Assembly: GCA_017403145.1 (NCBI GenBank)
Contig: JAFQOO010000008.1
Location: 102,064 to 166,063, forward strand
Reading direction: 5' to 3'
Source: Clostridia bacterium
Lineage (GTDB): Bacteria > Bacillota > Clostridia > Christensenellales > DTU072
DNA: 64,000 bases
A program made the position numbers and the translations under genes. Shown piece after piece: positions 42,701 to 52,664 of this stretch (the stretch's first letter is position 1; the number at the start of each line of letters is the position of its first letter). The notes under the pieces are model-generated. The model made no database searches. It was not told the origin of the DNA and saw only the letters and a list, made by a program, of their open reading frames with translations.

Positions 42701-45700
42701 TATACCGTAACTCTTAACGGTAGACTGGACTATGGCGACGGTGGCGTTAACACCAACCTTAACAATACCTTCACCTTCCCTCTAATGATAGACTTCCAAG
42801 CTCCCGTAGTAGAAGACGTTGAGTTCTATACCGAATACGATAATACCGAAAAGAAAAATCGTTTATACGCAAAAATAGCAGTATACGACAACCACTATTC
42901 AATGGCTGCTCTTATCGGTACCATAACCGCGGACGCGTCGGGCACACTAGCTCTTAACGGATTCGAGCATTATATGACTCCCATATATTCCTCGTTCAAC
43001 AACACTTCCTATATCACCTACGAGTTGACCGAGCATTTGGATACCATCAAGAACGCTTACGACAATATCTATAAGATTTATGGTAAAGAACAAGCTTCCA
43101 AGATACTAACCACTCCTATCTTTACCGTATCTCTATACGACTATGCCCTCAATAACGCAACCTACGAAATAGCTGTTCCCAACGACTATATTGATTGCTA
43201 TTTTAAAGAATCGGTTATCACCATCTCTCCCAACGAAACCTATAGCCTAGAGCCTTTGGTATTCCCCTCAACCGAGTGGTTCGAGCTAATTAACTTTAGC
43301 CACTACACCTCCGACCCCTCCGTTGCAGAAGTTGTTCCCGGCACCAACAAGCTAATCGCTTATGCCCCCGGCGACACCCTTATCTCTGCACAATACGTTG
43401 ATATCAATGGTGTTAAGAAGGAATTTTCCGTTCACGTTCACGTTCTCGCTCCTAGCGAAGAGGGCTATCGTCGTTTCGACGAACCCGTAGTTCACAAGTT
43501 TGAAGTTACCGGTTACCACACTAATAAAGCATATTATAAAATTGACTCTACCGAACGCGACATAGGTCAAACGGGCGATGATAGAAGCTTCCCTAACAGG
43601 AACAATTTGAACCTATCTTTATATCCCTCCGAATCGGTAACTCTAAAATACGATTTGGTTGCATTCTTCCCCGATAGAACTACCGTTGAATTCAAGTCTT
43701 CCAACACTAATATCGTCGACGTATCCTCTACGGGCATCATTACCGCTAAAGCAGAAGGCTTTGCTTCCATTTCGGTTAAAGTTCTAAAGGATAACGAATC
43801 AACTTACTACTCGAAGAATATTTCCATAACCGTTAAAGACCCCTATATCACTAGCGGTCCCACCCTTACCAACTACTATGGTCTAGGTGGCTCGGTTGTT
43901 ATCCCCTCTTCGCTTGCAATAACCGAAATCGGTACCTTCGCATTCTCCAACTTCGATTACGTTGAGAAAACCGAAGACGACCGTTACGACCCCACCGAAG
44001 ACCCCGAACTTACCAAACAATGGTTCTTGGGCGATAACACCATTACCGAAGTAGTTATTCCCGAAGGCGTAGAAACCATAAGCGCATACGCATTCGCTAA
44101 CCTAACCGCTCTAAAGAAGATAACCCTACCTTCTACCCTAACTACGATAAGCTATGGTGCATTCTACGGATGTTCCTCTCTTACCACTATCAATGGCATA
44201 AAGCACGTTAAGTTCATTAACCAAAACGCATTTGCATTCTGCGATATAACCGGCACTTTGGATTTCGACAAGACCATCGCTGTTGCAGACAACGCATTTG
44301 CTTACAACACACATCTTAAGAAGGTAACCCTTTCCGAGCATACTCAATCGGTTGGTCAATACGCTTTCGCAGGCAACACCGCCCTCGAAACCCTAACCAT
44401 CAATGCCGAAAAGATTAAGCTTGGTCAATTCGCATTTAGCGGATGCTCCTCTCTAAAGACCGTTTCCGTTAACACCGCAGTTATCCCCACCGGTCTATTT
44501 AACGAATGTACCTCTCTTGAAAGCATTACCATAGGTAAAGACGTTGCGGTTATAGGCGAATACGCTTTCTATAATACCGCTATCACCTCGGTAACCGTTC
44601 AACAAGGAAACCAAAACTTCTATCCCGTATCCGGTAAGCCCTATATGCTAAATGCTGATGGTAGCGTTCTCACTTTCGTTACTCCCGCTTATGCAGGTGA
44701 AATAGTCGTTAGTGAGTCTACCGTTACCACCATTGGTCCCGCCGCCCTATCCGGCAATACCAGAGTAACCGCTTTCCGCGCACCTAGCGTAACTAAGGTT
44801 ATGGATAACGCGTTTAGAGGATGCGAAAACCTAGAAGTTATAGAGCTTGGTACCCTTTCTCAAATAGGCGACTATGCCTTTATGAGAACCGCTATTACCG
44901 ATACCCACTCCTTTACAAACGTAAATAAGATTGGCGCATACGCATACTATGGTACCAACGTTACTTCCGTAACCATTCCCAATGGTATGGAAATAGGCGA
45001 AGGCGCATTCGAAGAATGTAGAAAACTTGCTACCGTCGTTATAGGCGACAACGTAAAAGTAGGTGCTAACGCATTCAAACTTGATTGGCAACTTGCAGAA
45101 AACTATACTATTTCCGCTCTTGAAAAAGACCATACCGAACGTACGGTTTACTACTACAACCTACTAAGCGCACTCACCTCTCTAACCATAGGCGACGACG
45201 TTACCCTCGGAAACGGTGCATTCTATGGTGCAACCAAGATTACCTCTATCACCCTCGGTAACAACGTATATATCGGTAATCAAGCATTCTACAATACCGA
45301 AAGCCTTACCTCTATCGATTTGAGCAAGGCAAGCCATATCGGCTCCGAAGCTTTTAGCGCTGTAGTTCTTTCTCTTATCTATTACGACCCCGCACAAGAG
45401 GTTGTAAGCTCTACCATTCCTCAAGACGTTGATGGTAATTATAGATATCGTATTTACTCCAACAAGCTTGTAAATATCTCTATCAATGCAAATACCATTG
45501 GTTCCGATGCCTTCGCTTTCAACGAGAGTCTTGAAACCGTTACCCTCGGCGACAACGTTCAAAACGTTAATAATAGAGCATTCGCTTCTTGTACCGCGCT
45601 ACACACCATTAACCTCAATAAGGTTGTAAATATCGGCTCCGAAGCATTCGCTCAAGCAAAACTTACCGAAGCAAATCTTGAAAGTGCTATAAACGTCGAC

Positions 45701-47203
45701 GAATTCGCATTTATCGAAAACGAAAGCCTTATCCAAGTAACCTTTGGTGCAAATATTAACACCCTCGGCGAAGGTGCTTTCAGTTATGCAAAAGCCCTCA
45801 CCACTATCAATGGTGAAGAAAAGATTAAGAATATCGGCGATTATGCATTTGCATATACCGCTATCAACGAAGCAGACCTTACCTCAGCAGAAAGGATAGG
45901 CACTCACGCCTTCCTCAAGGAAACTATGGGTGCGTTCACCTTGAAGCTTGGTACTTCTATCAAAGAAATCGGCGATAACCCCTTTGCTAACTGCAACGTT
46001 CAAGGTCAATTTAGCACTATCGTAAGCACCGAATTCAATGGCGTTCAATACGAAGAAACAAGTTATACCTACGACCTAAGCGACACCGTAAAAGTTATAG
46101 ATGGTTCTATCTATAGAATAGTTCCTAACGGTTACGAGCTAATCACCTTCGCAGGTATAAGCAACCATAACGTAACCCTTGCTGATAACACCGTAAGAAT
46201 TGGTGCTATGGCGTTTATGGGTTCGGGTGTAGTAAACGTAACTCTCCCCTATACCGTTGCTTCTATAGGACACAAAGCATTCTACGAATGCGATAGCTTG
46301 GCACTAGTAACAATGCAAAGCTACGATGCTCCCGTTCTTGAAGAAGAATTCGACGTTGTTTACGCTACCAGCGGTGAAAACGCTCCTATGCAAGACGAAG
46401 ATGCAGAAAACTATGGCTGGGACGGTCTTGGTATCGTTAAGTACTATATGTGGAATATGTGGGATAGTATGAACGGTATCCCCGTATACTCCAACTTCTA
46501 CTATGGTGCAAACTTTGTAGATTACGTTGGTAAGGTTGATAAGAACGTATTCCTAGTTCGCCCTGTAAACGGTCAAAACTACGACTCGTTCATAATGAAC
46601 CACTACTTCAGCTTGCAAATTCTTGGCGCAGCCGCTGCAGACGATATCACTCTTGAAGCTATAAAGGTCATTGCAGAGCTACCCGAAACCATTCAATTAA
46701 CCGATAAGCTAGCAGTCCAAAAGGCAAGAGAAGCTTATGATAAGATTGCTTCCTACGAGCAACGCGCTTTGGTTACAAACTATCAAAAGTTAACCGATGC
46801 CGAGCTAAGACTAAAGACTCTAGAGAACCTTGCCGGCGGCGGTAGCGACGAGCTTCCCGAAGAAAAACCCGTAGAAGAGGGCATCAACCTTCCCGCACTA
46901 ATACTTTCTATAGTATTCGGTTCGGTTGGCATTCTAGGCGCAATTGCTATCGTTCTCTATCTATACTTTACCGGCAAGCTCAAGCTCCCCACCTTCCACA
47001 AGAAGAAAGCAACCGTTAAACCCCTAATCCCCGGTGCAAACCAAAAGGTTGTTAGAAAGTTAGTTAAGAAGGTAGTTAGAAGAGTTGTCGTATACAATCC
47101 CGACACCGACGAATACGTAGAAGTAGATAACTCCCAAGAACAAATCAATCAAGAAATAACCGAAACGGAAACTCTTTCCGAAAAGGATGAAGATAATGAA
47201 TAA
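39710..47203 (+). CDS. Giant cell-surface subtilisin-like (S8) peptidase with PA, Ig-like and BspA-type leucine-rich-repeat regions and a C-terminal TM anchor
   Basis: Catalytic triad motifs VVAVLDTGLDYYH, SNHGTHVAGVIAG and SGTSMATPNVSGLTAL. Dozens of IGxxAFxxC/T..L..I.I repeats. TM segment LPALILSIVFGSVGILGAIAIVLYLYF followed by a charged tail. Confidence 0.85.
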   Translation: MSSSKTKRISPYLLTALTVLMVALMAFTCACNPQAEDLSNNEDLSSATPYIKVFDKEFKNVNLEDYFDNNVIQQLPTTVKDSDYISVILSTSDKNILDSYDNAESDLTLQEYFATEEASAIRRNIDTTNSAILNDLTKKGISYDKGVDYYTLLSGKEIVIKAKDFYDVCNIVGDRANVIVSEVYETEAYKNVLVNNTVNVYDTGIFNSSDFPYQGEGTVVAVLDTGLDYYHTAFSTANFTADRAKLGMTIDDVASVINGTVASTMQSGLTANDVYISEKVPYAFDYADGDSDVYPLYSNHGTHVAGVIAGKDDVITGVAPEAQLAIMKIFSDVDAQARASWIIRALEDCVIIDVDIINMSIGTSCGFSRETDKEAVSGVYDKIRARGINMVVAASNSFNSTYNSEKNGNLGLTSNPDSATVSSPSTYKGALSIASINGAKTSYILYEGQIIYFVESTNRVAEEKSFVDDILGEGEDEKTVEYVTIPGVGRTADYTGIDIKGKVALIARGSNTFEEKANVAQTQGALGAIIYNNVSGDIRMNVGDTTIAVCSISQDEGELLASKSSGTITISRSQASGPFMSDFSSWGPSPDLEIKPELTAHGGNILSSVPGQDYDEISGTSMATPNVSGLTALIRQYVKENFSAISGDDVQVAAMVNRLLMSTADVVYNTNGLPYSVRKQGAGLANVVDAASTKAVIYTYKNSELMDKSKIELGDDPLKKGVYEFSFDVYNFGTTSLSYDLSAIVMTEGVSETKTNQGETTVTEDGYILEGANVAINHVTGGTLNGAKVSIEAGKTATVTMTITLTDENKKYLDESFRNGMYVEGFVTLKGLEGATDIGFPYLAFYGDWTVAPLFDLDYFATNKDELDDSIDLLDKTLPDAYASRPVGGVYADYVSFLGTYYFEQKPGSTMISADRKYISLSNTEGTINKLSYAWMGMLRNAREVDVTITDDATGEVVFSKTEKDIRKSYGDGGPIYPAQVKIGFTPSDYNLPNNSTYTVTLNGRLDYGDGGVNTNLNNTFTFPLMIDFQAPVVEDVEFYTEYDNTEKKNRLYAKIAVYDNHYSMAALIGTITADASGTLALNGFEHYMTPIYSSFNNTSYITYELTEHLDTIKNAYDNIYKIYGKEQASKILTTPIFTVSLYDYALNNATYEIAVPNDYIDCYFKESVITISPNETYSLEPLVFPSTEWFELINFSHYTSDPSVAEVVPGTNKLIAYAPGDTLISAQYVDINGVKKEFSVHVHVLAPSEEGYRRFDEPVVHKFEVTGYHTNKAYYKIDSTERDIGQTGDDRSFPNRNNLNLSLYPSESVTLKYDLVAFFPDRTTVEFKSSNTNIVDVSSTGIITAKAEGFASISVKVLKDNESTYYSKNISITVKDPYITSGPTLTNYYGLGGSVVIPSSLAITEIGTFAFSNFDYVEKTEDDRYDPTEDPELTKQWFLGDNTITEVVIPEGVETISAYAFANLTALKKITLPSTLTTISYGAFYGCSSLTTINGIKHVKFINQNAFAFCDITGTLDFDKTIAVADNAFAYNTHLKKVTLSEHTQSVGQYAFAGNTALETLTINAEKIKLGQFAFSGCSSLKTVSVNTAVIPTGLFNECTSLESITIGKDVAVIGEYAFYNTAITSVTVQQGNQNFYPVSGKPYMLNADGSVLTFVTPAYAGEIVVSESTVTTIGPAALSGNTRVTAFRAPSVTKVMDNAFRGCENLEVIELGTLSQIGDYAFMRTAITDTHSFTNVNKIGAYAYYGTNVTSVTIPNGMEIGEGAFEECRKLATVVIGDNVKVGANAFKLDWQLAENYTISALEKDHTERTVYYYNLLSALTSLTIGDDVTLGNGAFYGATKITSITLGNNVYIGNQAFYNTESLTSIDLSKASHIGSEAFSAVVLSLIYYDPAQEVVSSTIPQDVDGNYRYRIYSNKLVNISINANTIGSDAFAFNESLETVTLGDNVQNVNNRAFASCTALHTINLNKVVNIGSEAFAQAKLTEANLESAINVDEFAFIENESLIQVTFGANINTLGEGAFSYAKALTTINGEEKIKNIGDYAFAYTAINEADLTSAERIGTHAFLKETMGAFTLKLGTSIKEIGDNPFANCNVQGQFSTIVSTEFNGVQYEETSYTYDLSDTVKVIDGSIYRIVPNGYELITFAGISNHNVTLADNTVRIGAMAFMGSGVVNVTLPYTVASIGHKAFYECDSLALVTMQSYDAPVLEEEFDVVYATSGENAPMQDEDAENYGWDGLGIVKYYMWNMWDSMNGIPVYSNFYYGANFVDYVGKVDKNVFLVRPVNGQNYDSFIMNHYFSLQILGAAAADDITLEAIKVIAELPETIQLTDKLAVQKAREAYDKIASYEQRALVTNYQKLTDAELRLKTLENLAGGGSDELPEEKPVEEGINLPALILSIVFGSVGILGAIAIVLYLYFTGKLKLPTFHKKKATVKPLIPGANQKVVRKLVKKVVRRVVVYNPDTDEYVEVDNSQEQINQEITETETLSEKDEDNE

Positions 47204-48641
47204 GAAAGTTTTAGTTACAATAGTAATTGCTCTTTGTATGATAGTTGCTCTTACGGTTGTATCCTGTAACCAATGGGATACCCCTTATAAGCAACTAAAC
47301 AAAGACGGAAATACCGTTAGTGTTAAATACAACATTAACGGTGGCGTTTTCCTAGAAACCCCCGACGTTACGTTGGTCGACGTTTTCAATTTGGTTAACG
47401 CAAAGTCTCTTGGTGGCGGTAAAAAGAGCATAGTTCCCATTGACCCTGCCAACGAAGACGTTCGTGGCACAGCTCAAACGGTATCTCGCACCAACCATTT
47501 CTTTGCAGGCTGGTACGTAACCAACGTTAATGCGGACGGTTCCTATACCATTACCTCTCAAAAATGGAACTTTGGCGACTCTTTCGTCTTTGAAGCTTCT
47601 AAAGCAAAAGAGGCAGAAAAGCCCGTTCTCGTTCTTAGCGCAAGATGGATACCTTTTACTACGTTCAATTTCTATAAGCAAAACGAAGATGGTTCTTTCC
47701 CCCAAGCACCCACCACTAGCGTGGTTGCGGAAAAGTTAGAGCTTCCCGTTTGGAACGAAAGTACCGGTGCTCTCCGCTACAACCAATATCCCAAGTTTGA
47801 CGATTGGACCTTTGAAGAGGCTTTTTCCTCTTCCGATATGAGCGAAAAAATTACCGAGACTTTGCAAGGTGAATCCTACTTTGACGAGATATTAAACGAC
47901 TTTATAACCAAAAGTATTAACGTTTACGTAACCTACAAGAAAGGAACTTGGTACAAAATCCATAACGCTTCTTCATTCATAAATAACGCAAGCAGTTCCG
48001 CTATTTACGACATCCAAGCCGACCTGGACTTTGAAGGTGCAATATGGCCCGCTACTTTCTCATCGAACACCTTTAATGGTAAGATTTACGGAAATAACCA
48101 CACCTTTAGTAATATTTCCGCCCTACAATACTCCGATAACACCAAGCTAAGCTACGGTTTATTCGGTATCGTAGGCTCTACCGCCCTCATTAAAGACCTA
48201 ACCTTTACTAACGTTTCGTTTACTATCGGCGGTTTGGATAACTCTAACGGAAACCCCTCTTACTATGGTATTTTCGCAGGTAAGATAGAAAATGGTGCTC
48301 AACTACAAAGCGTAACCCTTTCTAACGCTAAACTGCTCCTAAATAGTGCAAAAGGTTATATGTTCGATATGCTCGATACTATTTCCGTTTCACAAAAATA
48401 TAAAAACCTTATTGAAGGTAAATATAATATCAACCTTTCGGTTTATGAAAATAATAGTAGCTCTAATATCACCACTTCGGGATTGAGCGTAGCATTTACC
48501 GAACCCGATGAAAAGGTATTCGTAAACGGTATCTATGATAAATATAACAACACCCCCGGCGTTGTTAAGAAGAGCGTTAGCGAACTATTCACCTTTACCA
48601 CCGACCCCGCAGGCAACGTTACCATTACTCCGGTAGCTTAA
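47187..48641 (+). CDS. Surface lipoprotein with a Listeria/Bacteroides-type repeat (FAGWY)
   Basis: Lipobox VVSC. HFFAGWY motif. Overlaps the protease gene by 17 nt, consistent with translational coupling. Confidence 0.65.
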   Translation: MKIMNKKVLVTIVIALCMIVALTVVSCNQWDTPYKQLNKDGNTVSVKYNINGGVFLETPDVTLVDVFNLVNAKSLGGGKKSIVPIDPANEDVRGTAQTVSRTNHFFAGWYVTNVNADGSYTITSQKWNFGDSFVFEASKAKEAEKPVLVLSARWIPFTTFNFYKQNEDGSFPQAPTTSVVAEKLELPVWNESTGALRYNQYPKFDDWTFEEAFSSSDMSEKITETLQGESYFDEILNDFITKSINVYVTYKKGTWYKIHNASSFINNASSSAIYDIQADLDFEGAIWPATFSSNTFNGKIYGNNHTFSNISALQYSDNTKLSYGLFGIVGSTALIKDLTFTNVSFTIGGLDNSNGNPSYYGIFAGKIENGAQLQSVTLSNAKLLLNSAKGYMFDMLDTISVSQKYKNLIEGKYNINLSVYENNSSSNITTSGLSVAFTEPDEKVFVNGIYDKYNNTPGVVKKSVSELFTFTTDPAGNVTITPVA

Positions 48642-48686
48642 GCCCAGGAATATTCAAACGAAAATAATATGGAGGTATCTAACTAG

Positions 48687-51557
48687 ATGAAGAGGAAATT
48701 ATTTTCTATTCTAATGGTAGTTGCAATGCTTGCTGGGCTCGTTCTTCCCCTCGTAGCTTGTAACTCCACCAGCTCCACGGATGCTCTAGTTATTATGACG
48801 GATGCTCTAGACGGTTTGTTTAACCCCTTCTATTCTACAACCGCCCCCGACGCAACCATAGTATCTATGACCCAAATAGGAATGCTTACTACCGGTTACG
48901 TTAACGAAGAAGCAACCGTTGCTTTTGGCGACGACGAAGCTGTCGCAGTTAAAGATATGGCTTATGCCTACGATTCGAATACCGATAAAACAACCTATAC
49001 TTTCGTTATCAAAAACGGTATTCAATTTAGCGACGGACATCCCCTAACTATCGAAGACGTTCTATTCAATATATACGTTTATCTAGACCCCGTTTACGCA
49101 GGTTCTAGCACTATGTACTCTACCGATATAGTAGGTCTTGCCGACTATAGAACCCAAACTCAAGGTAGCGACGATAGCGACACCGACGAGGTTATCGCAG
49201 AGCAAGCACAGGCTCGCGCAAACAACCGTATCAGGGAGTTGATAAACCTATTCCGTCAAGTAGGTCAACTTCCCAGCGGTACCTATGAAGCAAGCGATGC
49301 TCAAATGAGAGAAGCTATCAACGACCACTCCTTGTCTAGCGGTTATATCGAGGCTATTTCCAACGACCCCTCGGAAGTAACCAACGCTAACCTTCTTGCA
49401 GACTACGAACGTACCCTATCCGAGTTCAAAGAAGAGCTAGGTAGAGATTATGAGTCCGCAAAAGAATCTTTCACCGAAGAACCCTATAAATCAACGGGTG
49501 AATTTGACGAAATTACCTCTTTTATGTACGCGGAAGGTTTTGTTAACGTTGAATACGTAAAAGACCCCGTTACCAATAAGCCCAAGTACGACCAAATCGA
49601 AAAGGTTACCCGTCAATACTCCACCGACGTTGTTAAAGATAAAGAGTCCGCTATCAACTACGTTTACAATGCTAAGACCACCACCGGTCTTGACGAAATT
49701 CTTCTTTATTGGGGTACCGGTAACACTCTTAGCGCAGAATATACCGCACAAGCAAAGCAAGTTATACTTCTTGAAAAAATTACCGGCGACCAACTACTCG
49801 TTCCCAGCATTAGCGGTATCGTTTCCGTTGGACACCACACCGATGAAACCCAAGTTACCATTAACGATAACACCTATCAAGTAGCTCACGAGCATAATGA
49901 AAAAGATGGTACTCCTCTAAACAAGGACGAATACGACGTTCTTCGCATTACCATCAATGGCGTTGACCCCAAAGCAATTTGGAACTTTGCATTCAGCGTT
50001 GCTCCTCAACACTACTACTCCGCTGCAAACTATGGCGATACCCCTCACTCCGTTGATATTGCAAACCATAACTACGGCGTTGATTACGCAAGCTTTTCTT
50101 TCCACACCAACGTTATCCAATCACAAAAGAATATAAGGGTACCTATGGGCGCGGGCGCATACGTAGCAACCGATGCTAACAATAATTCTAACCCCGAAGG
50201 TAATGCTTTCTATCGTGATAACGTTGTTTATTTCAAGAGAAACAACGGTTTTATGATGGGACAACCCAATATTGAAAAGGTTCGTTACCAAGTAGTTAGT
50301 GCAACCAACGCTCTTAACGTATTGGAAACCGGCGCAGTTCACTTTGTAACCCCTCAATTTACCCCCAATAACATTACCAAGATAAATTCTCTAAAAGAAA
50401 AGGGTATCGAATCCACCTCTACCGACCAACTTGGTTATGGTTATATCGGTATTAACGCAGGTAAAGTTAAAAACATCAATTTGCGTAAAGCAATAATGTA
50501 CGCAATGGATACTTCGCTTGCAATCAACTACTACTCCACCGGTACCGCTAAGAACATCTATTGGCCTATGAGTACCGTTTCTTGGGCATATCCCAAACAA
50601 GGTAACGTTCTCGACCAAGATAATGGTAGAACCTACGCTTCCGGTTATCTAGGCGACGAAGCCGCAAAACAAGCTATCCAGCAATGTATGACAGCTGCAA
50701 ACGTTACCGAAGGCGATAGCCAACTCAAGTTGAAATTCACTATCGCAGGTTCCTCTCTAACCGACCACCCCACCTACGCTACCTTCCAAAAAGCAGCAAC
50801 CATTCTTAACGAATGTGGCTGGAACGTCGAAGTAGTTGCCGATACGCAAGCACTAACCAAGCTTTCAACCGGTGCTCTAGCAGTTTGGGCGGCGGCTTGG
50901 GGAACCACTATAGACCCCGATATGTATCAGGTTTACCACAAGAATTCCACCGCAACCAGCGTTCTTGCTTGGGGATATAACGAAATTCTCAACCAAGACG
51001 GATACGATACCGAAAAGGATATCCTCAACAAGCTTTCCGAAGTTATCGACGATGCTCGTGGAACCGATAATAGAAAGGATAGAAGTGATTATTATAAGGT
51101 TGCTATGGGTTACGTTCTCGACCTTGCTATAGAGCTTCCCGTTTACCAAAGAAAGGTTCTTTACGCTTACAATGCTGAGGTAATAGACGCATCCTCTCTA
51201 CCCGAAACCATCAACCCCTACACCTCTCCCCTAGATAAGCTTTGGGAAATTAAGCTTACCGACGAAGCTAGTGCTTCTAATGGCGCAGGCGGTCTTCCCG
51301 GCGGTGCTGTAGCAGGCATAATTATAGCTTGCTTCTTCGGTGCTTGGATTATTGCAATCGGCGTGCTGTTTGCAACCAAGAAGCTTACCATTTCTTCCGT
51401 TCGCAAGATGCTAAAGCTGGATAAGAAGGAAGATATGGGCGACCTAGAATTCGACGAAGAGGTACTCCTAGACGAAGATGGACAATATATCATTCTGGAA
51501 GAGGAAATCTACGTGGAAGAAGACGTTATCGTAGATATTGATAACGTTGATAAATAA
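48687..51557 (+). CDS. Family-5 (OppA/DppA-like) ABC substrate-binding protein, unusually large and carrying both a lipobox and a C-terminal TM anchor
   Basis: Lipobox LVAC. SBP_bac_5-type segments (VIMTDALDGLFNPFYSTT..., YTFVIKNGIQFSDGHPLTIEDV). C-terminal TM GAVAGIIIACFFGAWIIAIGVLFA followed by an acidic tail. 956 aa. Confidence 0.8.
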   Translation: MKRKLFSILMVVAMLAGLVLPLVACNSTSSTDALVIMTDALDGLFNPFYSTTAPDATIVSMTQIGMLTTGYVNEEATVAFGDDEAVAVKDMAYAYDSNTDKTTYTFVIKNGIQFSDGHPLTIEDVLFNIYVYLDPVYAGSSTMYSTDIVGLADYRTQTQGSDDSDTDEVIAEQAQARANNRIRELINLFRQVGQLPSGTYEASDAQMREAINDHSLSSGYIEAISNDPSEVTNANLLADYERTLSEFKEELGRDYESAKESFTEEPYKSTGEFDEITSFMYAEGFVNVEYVKDPVTNKPKYDQIEKVTRQYSTDVVKDKESAINYVYNAKTTTGLDEILLYWGTGNTLSAEYTAQAKQVILLEKITGDQLLVPSISGIVSVGHHTDETQVTINDNTYQVAHEHNEKDGTPLNKDEYDVLRITINGVDPKAIWNFAFSVAPQHYYSAANYGDTPHSVDIANHNYGVDYASFSFHTNVIQSQKNIRVPMGAGAYVATDANNNSNPEGNAFYRDNVVYFKRNNGFMMGQPNIEKVRYQVVSATNALNVLETGAVHFVTPQFTPNNITKINSLKEKGIESTSTDQLGYGYIGINAGKVKNINLRKAIMYAMDTSLAINYYSTGTAKNIYWPMSTVSWAYPKQGNVLDQDNGRTYASGYLGDEAAKQAIQQCMTAANVTEGDSQLKLKFTIAGSSLTDHPTYATFQKAATILNECGWNVEVVADTQALTKLSTGALAVWAAAWGTTIDPDMYQVYHKNSTATSVLAWGYNEILNQDGYDTEKDILNKLSEVIDDARGTDNRKDRSDYYKVAMGYVLDLAIELPVYQRKVLYAYNAEVIDASSLPETINPYTSPLDKLWEIKLTDEASASNGAGGLPGGAVAGIIIACFFGAWIIAIGVLFATKKLTISSVRKMLKLDKKEDMGDLEFDEEVLLDEDGQYIILEEEIYVEEDVIVDIDNVDK

Positions 51558-51657
51558 TAACTCATAAACACAATAACAACTAACGCAACAAACAACTAAT
51601 CAAAAAATACGTGGTGTGTCGGCTCCACCCGGCACACCGAAATAGGAACAAAGAACT

Positions 51658-52653
51658 ATGATAAAATACATTCTCAAAAGACTTGGTCTAACGGTACTTA
51701 TTCTACTCGGTGTTTCTCTTATCATTTACGTATTGATAAGACTTATGCCCGTAGACTTTATCGAAAAGAAAATAGCCGAAATGAACCAAGGTGGTGCAAC
51801 CATCGACCAGGCTACCATAGACAATATGAAAGCTATGTACGGTCTTACCGACGACACCTTCCTCGGCGTGCTAAAAGGCTATTGGAGCTGGCTAACCAAA
51901 CTCGTTCAATTCGACTTTGGTACCTCGTTTAAATATGGTATCCCCGTTATTGACGTTATCAAGGACAGTATGGGTATAAGCTTTGCGGTTGCCCTACTAG
52001 CTACCATATTCGAGTTTATGATAGCCATACCTCTTGGTATAACCGCCGCCACGCACCAATATTCCATTCGCGACTACGTAGTTACCGTACTCGTTATGAT
52101 AGGTATATCACTACCATCCTTCTTCTTTGGACAAGTGCTAAAAGACTTGTTTGCAATGAAGCTCGGTTGGTTCCCCAACTCCGGTCTTACCGACGCAACA
52201 AAGGACCTAACCGGTTTTGCAAAGTTGATGGACTATGCTTGGCATATGTTCGTACCCGTACTAACGGTAGTTATACTTTCTATCGGTGGAAGAATGAGAA
52301 TGACCAGAACGGAAATGTTGGAGGTTATGAACTCCGACTATATCCGTACCGCAAGAGCAAAGGGTTTGAGCGAAAGAAAGGTTATATATAAGCACGCCTT
52401 CCGTAACACTCTTATTCCCCTAGTTACCTCTCTTGCAGGATTACTCCCCAGCTTGTTCAGCGGTGCTATCATTACCGAGCAAATATTCGACCTTCCCGGT
52501 ATTGGTAACCTTGCTTTCCAAGCTATGGACGCAGGCGATATCCCCTTTATAATGGGTTACAATATGTTCCTTGCCCTACTAAGCGTTATGGGTGTTTTGC
52601 TTGCCGACTTGATGTACGCCGTCGTAGACCCGCGCGTTAAACTCACAGACTAA
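51658..52653 (+). CDS. Oligopeptide/dipeptide ABC permease (OppB/DppB-like)
   Basis: MIKYILKRLGLTVLILLGVSLIIYVLIRLMP is the classic OppB N-terminus. DYIRTARAKGLSERKVIYKHAFRN is the EAA loop. Confidence 0.9.
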   Translation: MIKYILKRLGLTVLILLGVSLIIYVLIRLMPVDFIEKKIAEMNQGGATIDQATIDNMKAMYGLTDDTFLGVLKGYWSWLTKLVQFDFGTSFKYGIPVIDVIKDSMGISFAVALLATIFEFMIAIPLGITAATHQYSIRDYVVTVLVMIGISLPSFFFGQVLKDLFAMKLGWFPNSGLTDATKDLTGFAKLMDYAWHMFVPVLTVVILSIGGRMRMTRTEMLEVMNSDYIRTARAKGLSERKVIYKHAFRNTLIPLVTSLAGLLPSLFSGAIITEQIFDLPGIGNLAFQAMDAGDIPFIMGYNMFLALLSVMGVLLADLMYAVVDPRVKLTD

Positions 52654-52664
52654 GGAGGAGAATT